Shown here: positions 18,238-29,938 of the stretch, piece after piece | Layout of the letters: the number at the start of each line of letters is the position of its first letter | Position numbering within the stretch: position 1 is the stretch's first letter | Translations under genes and position numbers: made by a program | The notes under the pieces: generated by a model | Database searches by the model: none | Seen by the model: only the letters and a program-made list of their open reading frames with translations | What the model was told of the DNA's origin: nothing | Source: an uncultured Poribacteria bacterium | Lineage (GTDB): Bacteria; Poribacteria; WGA-4E; WGA-3G | Direction: 5' to 3' | Length of the DNA: 64,000 nucleotides | NCBI GenBank assembly: GCA_951813565.1 | Contig: OX638351.1 | Span: 4,576,001 to 4,640,000, forward strand

Positions 18238-21200
18238 CTAAAATGTGCTCCCAATGCGAAAATAGAAAGAATTTGTTGGCACATCTGGAATTGAGATGAG
18301 AGGTGCGGCATAATCAACTCCAAGCTTGAGAGGTCCGAAGTTTAATCGTAGCCCTGCACCAACCGTGGCCGGCAGCCATTCATACTCAATATTCTCTATT
18401 GTGTCCCATACGTTTCCTGTGTCGAAAAAGAGAACCCCTTGAATTGGGTTAAAAATTGGGAAACTCAATTCGGTATTAAAGATGAACTGAACATTACCAC
18501 GATGTTTTCCGGTACTATCCTTAGGTCCCAGTCCACGCTCTTCATAACCGCGAACTGTGGTACTACCACCTGCCCAGAATCTTTCAAAGGAAATCAATTC
18601 TGCGCCTCGGTCAGTTTGTAAACCAGTGGTAATACCAAATCGGAGTGCGGTTCCTAACACAAGCCCCCATTCATTTAGTTTTCTGTGATATCGTATGTCT
18701 CCTACCGCTTTGATAAAACTGCTTTCTCCCCCCAATAAGGGGCCTCCAGCATATTCGAATGTTGCCTCTTTCAACATGCCTGATGTTGGGTTCAGAGAAG
18801 GTGCTCGAGTATCTTGCCTCCATAATGCACGTAAACTACTAACTGTGGTCTCTGAGAATGCGACTGAAGTATCTTTTAAGTCACGATAACTATATTCTAA
18901 ATTCAGCCTGTGGGCTCTGGATAATTTTCTGCTGAGACTAAAACTACCCTGCAGTGCCCGGACGCCGTCATCTTCTTCCAATTTTCTTCCCAAAAATTGT
19001 AGGCTACCACTTATTCTACCTATGAACCAAGGTTCCGTTAGTGTTGTATCGTATAGGTAGCCGAGTGTTCCCTGTCTGCCCCGTAACCTAAACCGTACAT
19101 TTCGTTTGAAAAGATTGTAATGACTCAGTGCAATTGTGCCGCGAGGACCGTCTGAAGAACCATAACCAACACTTGCACCAATAGCACGCGGCTTTCGTTT
19201 TTGCAGCCGAATTAATACGTCATTGACTACAGGATTACTTGGTTGCTCTTCAATATCTGTTGGAATTCTACGTTCTGGGCGGATTCCAAGTTCAAAAATG
19301 CCTGTATTGTAGAGGTTTTGGATTGCGCCACTCAACTTGTCTTGCGTATAGAGAGTGTCTTCAAGGTGTGCTACCTCACGTTTAAGAACGTTCGAATTTA
19401 CGCCGGTGTCACCATCAAAAAAGAATTTACCAAACGCTATCTGATCACCCTCGTTTACTTCAAACAGTAGGACACCATGTTCAAAAACAGCTAGGTATTC
19501 TTTTTCCTGCTTAAGCGTATAGCGCGCATTACCATCAATATCCTGCATACTCCATTCATCACCTATCTTGGTAGCAATAAACGTACCAGTCAGTGAAAGC
19601 TTGTGTTTTTCAAAAACATCACTTAACTCCTTAGGGAGTACGCCAACATCCAAGAGTTCAGAATAATTGCCTTCTAATAGAAATACTGGATCGTCCATTT
19701 TATTCAGATATTGTGTTTCAACTGTCGCATCAATGTAACCGCGATCTTGATATGTTTTAAGTATTGCGTTTTCAAAATTCTTTTTGACAAGCCGCGCATT
19801 TGGCACTGGGGGTTTGCTTGGTAATACCTCATAGAGAGTGGTAGCATTAAGGACACTGTTTCCACTAAAATGACAATGGAAAATCACTTCTTTGTAGGGT
19901 TCAACAAATGTAAGGTTTATTGAGATTTCTCCAACGTTCCGTTTATTAATGTTCTGTTTTATAATATCGGTTTTTTTTATGGTTAATTTAGGATACCCAG
20001 CTTTTTCATACAAGATTTTTAAACGTTGCGTGTCTCTTGTAAGTGCTTGCTCTGAAAAAAAACGTCTTCTAATGCGGCGAGAGAAAAAATTGGCAGGTTT
20101 AGTTTCCATTTCTTGAAGCAATTCTTCTGCTGAAAATGCCTTATTCCCTGTGAATTTTACGTTTCTTACAATATATCGGGGACCGAGGGTAATAGTAAAC
20201 TTTACATGGAGTGGCGAATTGGTCAATATTTTCCAATCCACTTTAGTTCCATCATATCCTTTTGCTGCAAAGTAATCTTCTACGGTTTCTGTCCAAAATG
20301 GCCGTTTATCCATTATAGATGCAATTTCGTCTCGAAGTTGGTCTCTCTCTCGCTCTTGTTTGATAATGTCTAATTTTGCAAAAAGATTTCGAACAGGGGA
20401 GTCTTGAAAAATAGGTCTCCCGTTCTGATCCACAAAATCAAGTAATAGTTGAATGCCTTCATTTATATTGAACGTCAACACCCCAGTTGTATGTGCAAAG
20501 TCAGGCAAGATTTCAACGTTCGGATAATACTTTTTCTGATAAAGTTCGCGAATTGCGGAGATATCCTCATCAACATCAGATTTGCGATAGACCTTACCAA
20601 TATCGGCACGGCATATCTCTTTGATGTTTTCAGTGAATATAGCTGTATTTCCAAGAATTCGTAATTTTGTGATAGATGTAGGTTTTCTCAAGTTAATCTG
20701 ATATGTTAAACTTCTATCCGATGGAATTGCTTTGACCGCTACATCAACGTTGAAATAGCCGTTTTCAGCACATACTCCCTTAATTGAATCAATATCCTTT
20801 TTGGCAATTATTGGGATATACATTGCTCCCGGTTCTAATTTTATCGCTGTACGGATAGCACGTCTGAGTTCATCAGAAGGTATACCAGTAATATTGATTT
20901 TTTGAATGTGCATTACATTATGTAACTGAAAATTAAGCGCAACCCCTTCAGGTGTCTTTAAGGCATAAACATCAACTTGGGAATACTGTTGTAAGGAATA
21001 TAGTGAAATTACGCTTTGTTGAATAGCATGACGGGAAAACTGTGAACCAACTGCTATGTAGGTTGATTTTTCCAGACTACTGAGAGTCTTATTATCTGTC
21101 ACAGAGTTATTATCAATAAAGTACTCAATTTTAACTACTTTCTTTTCTTTTAACGTTTCACGGGGAGTATCAAGAATTGTAGAGGTGTTGGCAACTTCGC

Positions 21201-21324
21201 CAGAGATCGGTTTTACGGTAAGAACACAGAAAAGGATTAGTAGAAGTCCGAAAAACATGCGTTCCCTAACCGATGCACAAACAGAGAAGGATTTTGGAAT
21301 TTGGTTTAAACACAACTTACACAT
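18238..21324 (-). CDS. Omp85 (BamA/TamA family) outer-membrane assembly protein
   Basis: POTRA-like repeats, ERFWAGGSTTVRGY, FFDTGNVW, terminal GSTF; start uncertain. Confidence 0.9.
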   Translation of the reverse strand: MCKLCLNQIPKSFSVCASVRERMFFGLLLILFCVLTVKPISGEVANTSTILDTPRETLKEKKVVKIEYFIDNNSVTDNKTLSSLEKSTYIAVGSQFSRHAIQQSVISLYSLQQYSQVDVYALKTPEGVALNFQLHNVMHIQKINITGIPSDELRRAIRTAIKLEPGAMYIPIIAKKDIDSIKGVCAENGYFNVDVAVKAIPSDRSLTYQINLRKPTSITKLRILGNTAIFTENIKEICRADIGKVYRKSDVDEDISAIRELYQKKYYPNVEILPDFAHTTGVLTFNINEGIQLLLDFVDQNGRPIFQDSPVRNLFAKLDIIKQERERDQLRDEIASIMDKRPFWTETVEDYFAAKGYDGTKVDWKILTNSPLHVKFTITLGPRYIVRNVKFTGNKAFSAEELLQEMETKPANFFSRRIRRRFFSEQALTRDTQRLKILYEKAGYPKLTIKKTDIIKQNINKRNVGEISINLTFVEPYKEVIFHCHFSGNSVLNATTLYEVLPSKPPVPNARLVKKNFENAILKTYQDRGYIDATVETQYLNKMDDPVFLLEGNYSELLDVGVLPKELSDVFEKHKLSLTGTFIATKIGDEWSMQDIDGNARYTLKQEKEYLAVFEHGVLLFEVNEGDQIAFGKFFFDGDTGVNSNVLKREVAHLEDTLYTQDKLSGAIQNLYNTGIFELGIRPERRIPTDIEEQPSNPVVNDVLIRLQKRKPRAIGASVGYGSSDGPRGTIALSHYNLFKRNVRFRLRGRQGTLGYLYDTTLTEPWFIGRISGSLQFLGRKLEEDDGVRALQGSFSLSRKLSRAHRLNLEYSYRDLKDTSVAFSETTVSSLRALWRQDTRAPSLNPTSGMLKEATFEYAGGPLLGGESSFIKAVGDIRYHRKLNEWGLVLGTALRFGITTGLQTDRGAELISFERFWAGGSTTVRGYEERGLGPKDSTGKHRGNVQFIFNTELSFPIFNPIQGVLFFDTGNVWDTIENIEYEWLPATVGAGLRLNFGPLKLGVDYAAPLISIPDVPTNSFYFRIGSTF

Positions 21325-21326
21325 CT

Positions 21327-24300
21327 TTAGAAACGCCGCTCCAGTAATTGAATATCTACACCAAATTCGCCTTTTTCATCGCCTTCTACTTTAATGGACA
21401 TATTATTTGGCAACGGATATTCTGCGATGATGTGGCGTTCGTTGGGATCGAGACCAGAGGAAATTGTAAAGGTGATCCCGCGAAATGATCGCGAGAATGA
21501 ATTACCCGGTGAAAGGAGCGCGAGAACATCTGCATCTGAAAAGATCTCGGTTGTGGAGGAATTGAGTGGCTCTGCCCCGAAACTAAGCTTTGCCTTATCA
21601 ATATCGCCATTTTCGAGTTTCCCAATAATAGTTGCAGTTACCTCAAGGTCTGCTGTGCTTCCGTCACTCAGTTGGACACCTGGGATTGGGTTCGGTGTTT
21701 TTAGGCGAATATCTAACTCAGGGTTGAAGGCTGTTTCGTCCGGGTTAGTAATAGTTGAACCCTCATCAATTTCAAAAATCTGCGTAACAATGCTAATTTG
21801 CCCTTTGGGGATAAAAAGGGTCCCTGAGAAAATAGGTCGTTGAATTGGGCCTGTGAGCCGGCCACCTCTACAAGTGATTTCGATGTTGGTAGACCCACCG
21901 GTTGATGAAACTAAATGAAAACTGTTTGGCATATCAATCCCTAAGTTTAACGTAAGATCGCGTAAAATTGGGGCATCAGAAAATAGGTCGGTTTCACTTA
22001 CAGTACGAGCAGTAAACGAGTCCAGTAGGTCCTGCCAGTTCCAATCCTGTCGGTAGTGACCGGAGTAGATTTCAATGTCACCCACCAGAGTTGTCTTTAG
22101 AGTTGTATCAGTAATATTCCCGGATAGATGTAAATTGTCAGCACTTATTTCGACCTGATATCGGTTATTATCGATGAAGGAGGATTTGTCTAAACTTGCA
22201 TTTAGGTCTATTTCATTAACTTTCAACCACTCCGCAATAATTTCACCATTAGCAGAAAAGTTGCCACCATTCAATTGACCGTTAATACTATCGATTGTTA
22301 TTTTTGATTCAGAGAAATCAAACTCAGCATTTGTATCCTGAAAATAAACAGGTGAACGTTTAAATTCAAGGTCTACCGCATTAAATTCACCATCACCTAT
22401 CAGTTGTGGGGCCATTGGCGTGCCACCAATAGTTGCGGTAATTCTGCCTTCACCATTCGCAGATTCAATTAAAGGTTGAATAAGTGGCAAAACCTCAAGT
22501 TCTTCTAATTGAAAGTCAATCTTAATTTCCATTTCCTCTGATAGCGGTTTTGCTTGCAGATTGGAAAAAGAAAGCAGATAAGGCACTCTCGCAGAACAGG
22601 AGAGTCGATTCTCGCCCAATCTCAATAAAGGTGTATTCTCGGAAATTGTCCATTCCTTGTTTGCATAGCTATAACGAAGTTCTACAGTGAATTCGTCAAT
22701 GTTTGCTTGATTAATTCCGAGTTCATGCCCAACAAGCTTGACCGTTACCTCAGGAGCCGCATAAGTGCCTATGATATTGATATTTGTTGATAACATGCCC
22801 TTCTTTTTGAATCTATCAATATATTCTGAAGGTAAAAGTGGATCTAAAATAGAGATATTGAAATTGTCCAATTTTAGGTTAGCAGACATCTCACCTTGCA
22901 TGTTCCATGACCCAAAACAACTGAACACAATAGGTTGCTCGGATACGTTAGCAGGAATTTGAGCAGTATTTTCGAGCTTAAGTCCTTGAACTCTGAATGT
23001 CCCATAATCCAAAGTAATTGGAATTGGTTCCGAATTTTTAAAACTGAATTGTTGATCTAAGACAACAAAACCTAAAGATATGTCATCAATTGAGAATTCT
23101 GCTTTTGTTTTTTGACTAAGCCTATCAAAGGTGATTACTTCGCGTATTTTCGGAATTGGGGTTTTCTCTCCATTTTCAAAGAAACTATCAAACGGTATGC
23201 TCAGTTTTGTAAGCGTCGCCGTAACATTTCCATCCAAATTCGATAACACTTCCTCCGAGATTACTCGCCGTAGGGTTAAACCGAGAGGGTATTGCTTAAA
23301 TGTCAGACCAGCCAACTCAAATCGTTCTGGTGTCAAGCCATCAAGTTGCAATTTGCATTGAGCGAGATTACACGTCCCATCTTCCATATTAAATTGGAAC
23401 TTTGCAAGCTCAATAACATTTTCACGTGCCATGATCTGTACTGTCACGTTCTCAAGCGGTTGCGTGAAACTTTTGGGGCGGAGATGTGGTGCAAAAAGAA
23501 AGACGTTCCCTTTTAAGTATGGGGTGCGCGTTGTGCCTTGAAGTGTCAAATTAATATCCGTAACGCCTTCCGCTTCCGAAAAGATATTATCAAGCCATGG
23601 GAAAAAAGTGAGCGGAAGTTCCTTTCCGGTGAGTTGCACATTTATTGGCGCATCAATGAAACGTTCTGAGATGTTTAAATTTGCAAAAGACAAATCAAAC
23701 GGAATCATACCGTTGAGTGTTAATATGTTTCCATTATTCGTAAGTTCAATTCTATCCAATTTAATCTGTTTGTCTGCATATTTAACATCTCCCTGCCACT
23801 GTAGGAGCGATTCTGTTTCTTTCTGCAACAGGTGATTCAATGTTCCTTGCCATTTTGCGGATATGTTTGGCGTAGTAAATGGTCCATCAAAATTAACATC
23901 AACTTTAGTTTCCATAATAGAAGAGCTGACTTGCAAAGGCAGAAGGGAAGTAATGTTATTGTTATGTAATTTGAAGTCTATGGGTGAGGTGTTAGAAATT
24001 TGATGGTTATATGCTTGAAGATTGAGTTCATCTATCTTGCAAGTCGCTTCCATAAGCGCCGAGGTAAAACCTGTTCCGCTTAACTTAGCTGCTCCCGACA
24101 AGGTTCCGTGTACAGGTGACGGGCGTTGTAGAAACAAATTTGCCAAATCTCCTATCTCCAGTTCCTCCAGAGATATATCCATATCAAAAGTGGTTTTGTC
24201 TCTATTTCGGGTTGAAAACAAAGTTTCGCCATTTATCTGAAAATCGCTTGTTCCAATCTGCCCACTGGTAAGAAAGTTCTGTATTTGTACCGCTTCTTCT

Positions 24301-27300
24301 CTAATAGTAGTTCGGGCGTGCAGTTTGTCCAATATAATTGGTTTAGCAAACGCGCCAAAGTGAATAGGTTGGTTTTCAGTTGTCCGTGCGTTTAGATCAA
24401 AAATTGGTTCAGCAATAGTTCCAGCCACATTTAGCGAAACACCGACTTTTCCTTGAATTAAGGCAGATTTGTCAAAGGATAGGCGTTTTACTGTCTCAGC
24501 AGGCATACTGTTCCTAACCATGTGTGAAAAATTCAATAAATTGAGACTTGGAGCACTGAGGTTAAAGTTCAGTTTTGAATTGTTAAAATCGTCAGGATTG
24601 ATTGCTATATTCCCATCTATCCCGAATAAATTTTCCAAGACCTGTATTGAAAATGGTTTGATGTGTAAGGTGTTATTTTGGTATTCTATTTCACCGTTCG
24701 CATCACTTATACCAATATCTCCTATATCAGTCTTCACAACTAACGTTGATACCTTCCATTTGAGATCAACGATAGGATCGGTCAAAGTTCCCCTCGTCTT
24801 CAATTCATATTGTGCAGTACCAGAAATCGGAAGTCCTAATGCTGTGCCAAAAGATTCCAAGGCTAAATCTTGGTTGTGCTTGGAGGCAATGTCAATTTCC
24901 TTAGTTTTGGCATCAATAGTGCCGATAAGTTGAATGAATGGCGTGTTTTCACCCGCCACGGATAGTGAACTGTCAGAAATAGTGAGTATGTCGTTTTCTA
25001 ATTTGAAAAGCATCGGCTTAAGGTTGGTGAAGCGCAACACATTGTATTGAAGTTGTGTCTTGTTAATAACTATGTCAACATCATAAGGGTATACACGTTT
25101 TTTAGAAGGTCCAACGAGTTCTGAAATTGTGCCTTCTACTTCAACAGTGCTATCAACAGTGCCAGTAATTACATCAAGTGCCGGATGAAAAATGCGCAGA
25201 ATGGGTGAAGCTGCTGTTTCTTTACTCTTCAGGGTAAACTTGTATGGATTAGGGAGGGTATTACTGATTGTGCCCTCAATGCTACTTGTACCTTCAAATG
25301 CTTTTCCCGTAAATTTGAAATGATTTTCTTGTTCTATGAGGACACCATGCAAATCTGCATCACCAAGCGGGTTGCCTTCAAATGTTAAATCAGAAAAGTC
25401 AAAATTTACTTCAAAAACAAAATCTCTCTGCTTTTTTTGGTGTGAAACCATGTTAATATCCATTTTGCCATCAAGCGGAAAATCGGCAATGCCCGCAGCG
25501 CGTGCAAGTTCTGTCAATTGAACTGGTCTGTCCGGACTATTTTTTAGGCTAAAATCAAAGTCTCCATTGTTTCCTACATGGGCGTTGAACGTAACTACTT
25601 GACCGCGCGTTGTTATCACAAAATTGGGAATAGTAAGAGAGTAATCATCAATCTTTAACTCCAATGTTGCAGGATCTAAATTCATGCTCCATGCGTTTCC
25701 AGAATCGATGACAAAATTACCGCTGCCATCAAGATGGTCAATGAGTTGACCGTATAAATTTAATTCTCCTTTTATATTACCTTCAATAGGGTACTCTGCA
25801 ATAAAAAAGAGTTTGTTATAGTCAGCATCCAGCACAAGCGGTTCAGCGACGATACGAAAATTAGTGGATAATTTATCCTCTAAACTGATATTGCCCTCTA
25901 TGGAAACGTTGGTATTTCCGTTCTCACCTTCTTTTGTTAGGTGTGCATTTTCAAAATACACAACCCGATCTACGTACCGAAAATTCCCGGTTAAACGACC
26001 AACTGGAATTGGATCATTATCGCTGCGCCGATAGAATGCCTCAGGTATCTCTGCATATCCATTGGCAGTGCCGTCTTTTTTTATTTTTGCAGTAATGCTT
26101 CCAACACCTTCAAAGGGGATAGAGTTGAAAATTTTAGATAGTTTTCCAAAGTCAACATTTCCAAGTTGGACATCAAGACTTTCATAGGAGCCACTAATGT
26201 CAACTTTTGTGTCATCTATGATGCCATCTATACTTACATTTGAGCCGTTCGTGTTTTCTGCAGAAATTTTATAATTCAGAGATGAATTTTTTAATGGTAT
26301 AGATTCGTTTTTTACAAGAAAACCTGTATCTGAAAGTTTTACATTGCTATCAAGGTGAAACTTGCCTGTTGTATTACCGTTTATTAGCGCTGTGCCTGTT
26401 AATGTCCCAGATTCGATTTGCGGTATCTGTTCTGACAACTCCCCGAACATTGACAATAGTGAATAGAGCTGAATATCCGATATTTGCCAATTACTGTCGT
26501 AGGTGATGGGCTGTTTTATAAAGTGCTGTAATCGTTCAATCAAATTCCCCTCGGAAGTATTCTTAAATGTAGCACTGCCGCTTCCTGTGAGTGTTCCGTC
26601 AGCGATCTGTGCACTAAATTTATCCAACGTTACTTTTGGAACTTTCTCTAAATTTATGGTAGTGTCAATCGTTAGGTCTGAAATATCTATTTGTCTATTT
26701 TTAGATTTAGATTCATAACTTTCCTTGATTGAGAAAGCGTCCGATGTGCCAGTGAGTGTGCCGTTTAAAGTAGAATCAGTTCCCTTTAAATCCAGTACAA
26801 TTACGCCTGAACCTCCAAGTTCAATATTGTCACCAAGAAATTTTTGGACATCTGAAGCATCAATTGTCATTCCTGCGTATACTTCCCATGCATTAGCCTC
26901 CCAATTTCCCTTCATGGTCAAAACTGAATTTCCGAATTTAAGTTTGTGTTCGGGTAGATCACCACCTATTGTTGACACAGAAAACTCTATTTTTTTCAAT
27001 GGATCAATAGATAATTTTGTTCCATTCAACGTGAAACTACCCTGATTAAAAGAAACGTTACCCGTGTGATTCCAATCATCTAACGAACCCCCCAGTTCCA
27101 GTTTTATATTTGGGAGTTCCAGTTCAATGTTCTGCTGTGTATCCGTGAAAACAATCTTACCTTCATTGATTTTAACATTGGATACGGCAAAAGCGAAGGA
27201 ATCAGTTGAATCAGGCGGCGGCTCAGATTCCCGAAGTACCTGAGTTAGGTTTACTTGTCCTGCCGCATTTCGCTGCAGGTTTACCTCTGGAGAGTCGATC

Positions 27301-27629
27301 TCTAACGCAGTTACAAGAAATTTGCGTTGTAGCAGGGCAAAAAAGTTATATTTTAGGGTTATCTTTTTTGTAGAGAATATTGGTGATGTTTCGGATTCTT
27401 TTTCTTTTACCGATAAATTCTCAATTTCAACGCCAGTGAAAATATTCCCGCGCAATTTTTTGAGTTGGATAATGTATTTGTCGTCAATCTGGTCTTGTAA
27501 TACATCTTTAAGGCGAGTTTTGACGAAATTATTAAGAAAAGAGTCTGAACGGACATAGAAAAATCCTCCGACTCCTAAAAGAAGGATTATTAACGGTATT
27601 GAAATTAATAAAATTTTGCGTCTTGTCAT
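21327..27629 (-). CDS. tamB: TamB/AsmA-like translocation and assembly module protein
   Basis: N-terminal anchor, 2100 aa beta-taco repeats (GTxxxP), DUF490-like C-terminus; adjacent to Omp85. Confidence 0.85.
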   Translation of the reverse strand: MTRRKILLISIPLIILLLGVGGFFYVRSDSFLNNFVKTRLKDVLQDQIDDKYIIQLKKLRGNIFTGVEIENLSVKEKESETSPIFSTKKITLKYNFFALLQRKFLVTALEIDSPEVNLQRNAAGQVNLTQVLRESEPPPDSTDSFAFAVSNVKINEGKIVFTDTQQNIELELPNIKLELGGSLDDWNHTGNVSFNQGSFTLNGTKLSIDPLKKIEFSVSTIGGDLPEHKLKFGNSVLTMKGNWEANAWEVYAGMTIDASDVQKFLGDNIELGGSGVIVLDLKGTDSTLNGTLTGTSDAFSIKESYESKSKNRQIDISDLTIDTTINLEKVPKVTLDKFSAQIADGTLTGSGSATFKNTSEGNLIERLQHFIKQPITYDSNWQISDIQLYSLLSMFGELSEQIPQIESGTLTGTALINGNTTGKFHLDSNVKLSDTGFLVKNESIPLKNSSLNYKISAENTNGSNVSIDGIIDDTKVDISGSYESLDVQLGNVDFGKLSKIFNSIPFEGVGSITAKIKKDGTANGYAEIPEAFYRRSDNDPIPVGRLTGNFRYVDRVVYFENAHLTKEGENGNTNVSIEGNISLEDKLSTNFRIVAEPLVLDADYNKLFFIAEYPIEGNIKGELNLYGQLIDHLDGSGNFVIDSGNAWSMNLDPATLELKIDDYSLTIPNFVITTRGQVVTFNAHVGNNGDFDFSLKNSPDRPVQLTELARAAGIADFPLDGKMDINMVSHQKKQRDFVFEVNFDFSDLTFEGNPLGDADLHGVLIEQENHFKFTGKAFEGTSSIEGTISNTLPNPYKFTLKSKETAASPILRIFHPALDVITGTVDSTVEVEGTISELVGPSKKRVYPYDVDIVINKTQLQYNVLRFTNLKPMLFKLENDILTISDSSLSVAGENTPFIQLIGTIDAKTKEIDIASKHNQDLALESFGTALGLPISGTAQYELKTRGTLTDPIVDLKWKVSTLVVKTDIGDIGISDANGEIEYQNNTLHIKPFSIQVLENLFGIDGNIAINPDDFNNSKLNFNLSAPSLNLLNFSHMVRNSMPAETVKRLSFDKSALIQGKVGVSLNVAGTIAEPIFDLNARTTENQPIHFGAFAKPIILDKLHARTTIREEAVQIQNFLTSGQIGTSDFQINGETLFSTRNRDKTTFDMDISLEELEIGDLANLFLQRPSPVHGTLSGAAKLSGTGFTSALMEATCKIDELNLQAYNHQISNTSPIDFKLHNNNITSLLPLQVSSSIMETKVDVNFDGPFTTPNISAKWQGTLNHLLQKETESLLQWQGDVKYADKQIKLDRIELTNNGNILTLNGMIPFDLSFANLNISERFIDAPINVQLTGKELPLTFFPWLDNIFSEAEGVTDINLTLQGTTRTPYLKGNVFLFAPHLRPKSFTQPLENVTVQIMARENVIELAKFQFNMEDGTCNLAQCKLQLDGLTPERFELAGLTFKQYPLGLTLRRVISEEVLSNLDGNVTATLTKLSIPFDSFFENGEKTPIPKIREVITFDRLSQKTKAEFSIDDISLGFVVLDQQFSFKNSEPIPITLDYGTFRVQGLKLENTAQIPANVSEQPIVFSCFGSWNMQGEMSANLKLDNFNISILDPLLPSEYIDRFKKKGMLSTNINIIGTYAAPEVTVKLVGHELGINQANIDEFTVELRYSYANKEWTISENTPLLRLGENRLSCSARVPYLLSFSNLQAKPLSEEMEIKIDFQLEELEVLPLIQPLIESANGEGRITATIGGTPMAPQLIGDGEFNAVDLEFKRSPVYFQDTNAEFDFSESKITIDSINGQLNGGNFSANGEIIAEWLKVNEIDLNASLDKSSFIDNNRYQVEISADNLHLSGNITDTTLKTTLVGDIEIYSGHYRQDWNWQDLLDSFTARTVSETDLFSDAPILRDLTLNLGIDMPNSFHLVSSTGGSTNIEITCRGGRLTGPIQRPIFSGTLFIPKGQISIVTQIFEIDEGSTITNPDETAFNPELDIRLKTPNPIPGVQLSDGSTADLEVTATIIGKLENGDIDKAKLSFGAEPLNSSTTEIFSDADVLALLSPGNSFSRSFRGITFTISSGLDPNERHIIAEYPLPNNMSIKVEGDEKGEFGVDIQLLERRF

Positions 27630-28483
27630 GATTTTTGTTCCGAATTTTCTACCCCGTTTGCATGAAAAGCGCGATGCGCAGCATTAACGATATTGCTAAC
27701 GGAGTCTATCTCTGCTGAAGAGAGAATTTCTAATTCAGATTCTGATTGTTTTACAGTAGCAGATTTCTGAAGCCAGAGTAGATATTCAATGTTGCCTATG
27801 TCTCGGTGAATTGGCGAAAAGGTTAATCCCATAGGTATTACTGAACAGCTTTTCCGCACAAAGTCAATTAAATTAACCAATGTTTCCTTATGCACACTTG
27901 GGTCATCAACAATACCGCCTTTTTTGACGTGAACACGTCCTGCCTCAAACTGAGGTTTGACGAGTACTATTATTTCAGGGACTGCTAATCTTTCAATTAC
28001 TACAGGTATTACTTTCCGCAAGGAGATAAAAGACACATCAATCACTGCGATGTCAAGTGGATGCGAAAATAGGTGTTGGTCAATATGGCGGATGTTGGTT
28101 TTGTCAAGGACGTGAACACGTGGGCTTTTGCGAAGTTTCCATGCAAGTTGTCCATATCCGACATCAACAGCATAGACGAAATCTGCACCGTGTTGAAGCA
28201 AGCAATCAGTAAAGCCACCTGTGGATGCACCTACATCAATCGCTACTCTGTTTCGGACAGTAATTTCAAAATCTTGTAGTGCCTTTTCAAGTTTCAACCC
28301 GCCTCGACTGACATATTTTGGCGGTTGTTCAACTTCTATCGCAGCATTCGGTGATATGCGTTGTCCTGGTTTAACCAGTGAGTTTTTATTTACTTTGATA
28401 GCTCCAGCTAAAATCAAACGTTTCGCTTGGAGGCGGCTTTCAACTAAGCCTCGCTGAACAAGGACTATATCTAACCTTTCCAT
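27626..28483 (-). CDS. tlyA: TlyA rRNA methyltransferase
   Basis: ERLD S4 domain, YVSRGGLKL, DVGASTGGFTD, DVSFISL, LVKPQFE, GNIEY. Confidence 0.95.
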   Translation of the reverse strand: MERLDIVLVQRGLVESRLQAKRLILAGAIKVNKNSLVKPGQRISPNAAIEVEQPPKYVSRGGLKLEKALQDFEITVRNRVAIDVGASTGGFTDCLLQHGADFVYAVDVGYGQLAWKLRKSPRVHVLDKTNIRHIDQHLFSHPLDIAVIDVSFISLRKVIPVVIERLAVPEIIVLVKPQFEAGRVHVKKGGIVDDPSVHKETLVNLIDFVRKSCSVIPMGLTFSPIHRDIGNIEYLLWLQKSATVKQSESELEILSSAEIDSVSNIVNAAHRAFHANGVENSEQKS

Positions 28484-28540
28484 CTTTCTATCAATTTCTT
28501 CACCTTGTTAATGTTCATCATATACAATATGGCTCATTTC

Positions 28541-29781
28541 TTATAAATGAGAACTCTTGTTGTTACTATCACTATCAAAAAAAGAACTGACCGTAATATT
28601 CTTGAGCGTATCAGCTTGAGTTTGTTGAAGTTCTCGAAATAACTGCATCAATTTAGGCGATGCTGGCAACGTATCAGTAAAATGGGCAGTTAGATCTTTA
28701 TCCACAACTGCTACAAGCGAATCAAAGGTGATCTCGCTTAACGAGCAGGCGGGCAGATACCCTTTGTATCACCCTCTACCTCATAAATGAGCTTTGCTGC
28801 TTTAAAATGATTAAAAATTTTATGGACTAATGATTCAGAAACTCTTGCCGTTGCAGCAGCATCTGCAGCTGAACATGCCCCCTTACCTTCATGAAAGTTT
28901 GCTGCAACAATGAGAAATAGTGTTATGATGCCGAGATCATTGATATAATCGTTGCTTTCGTTGATAATCTTTCCGTACAAACCCTTTTTATAATTGGAAT
29001 ACTGAATTGAGTGCGTCACCTCAACACCTAATAGAATCACAATCCATGTAACGTAAATCCATATAGCCAAGATTACCAACAATGCCAGCGTCCCATAGAC
29101 GGCCTTATAGTTCTGCCACACTAATTCAAAGTAATTGCTAAATACAATCCGTGCGATCTGGAAAAGTGTTCCTGCTATAACTGCGCCGATCAGTGCAGCT
29201 TTCCAGTGGACGGTAGGGTTAGGTAAGGATATATACATGAAAAACAAGAAAAAACAGATTAAAATTCACGGAAATAGGTTTGCCAGCAACCGATTATTGA
29301 CACCTGAAAAAATGAAAAAGATGACAAGTGGTCCTACCAACAACAGCATGCAAAAGAGTAAGTATTTCTGGAACGCTTTTACAAACGGCAAACGCTGATG
29401 GCTACCCCAAATATCATTGAAATGCCCTTCAATAGACATAAACAAGATTACGGAAACCACAAGGAATAGTAGAAAACCACCTATACCGAGCCCTGTTAGA
29501 TTTCTGTTGGTAAATTCTGATATCCCTGCTACTATTTCGTCTGCTCTATAACGTGGGAAGAAATTGTTCAAGGTAGCTATCAACGGAGATTCTTCATTTT
29601 CAACGACTCCGAAGGTTTTGAGTAAGTAGAGCGTAACCGCTGACAAAGGCACAAAACCGATGAGTGAACTAAACGCAAGCGATGCAGCATGATGAAAACA
29701 TTTATGTTGCTTGAATTGAGATAATACGTTTACACTGATCCCGCCAAAATGTGTGAAGAATGACCTAAGTGAAGGAAACAT
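28541..29781 (-). pseudogene. YihY/BrkB family membrane protein with C-terminal winged-helix-like domain, inactivated
   Basis: AASLAFSS, FNDIW, AVYGTLA; in-frame TGA at 29266-29268 and a frameshift near 28762 (GYLPA frame continues to 28541). Confidence 0.8.
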
Positions 29782-29938
29782 CTTATATTGTCTAATTTGT
29801 ATGTACAAAGCAGTGAGAAACGGCGGTAAGGTTGAACGTCTGTAACCCTCATCACGGATAACTATATCTACTTTTTGTATCATGCAGTAAGTCTGAAAAA
29901 ACTTGCAGAATTCAGAAACAACCTCATCAAGTTTTAGA

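Noticed and set aside
29266..29268. In-frame TGA in the yihY-like gene as a third Sec codon
   Set aside because: Falls at a likely Trp (LFP-W) in a TM helix, and the gene also has a downstream frameshift, so a nonsense mutation is more parsimonious.
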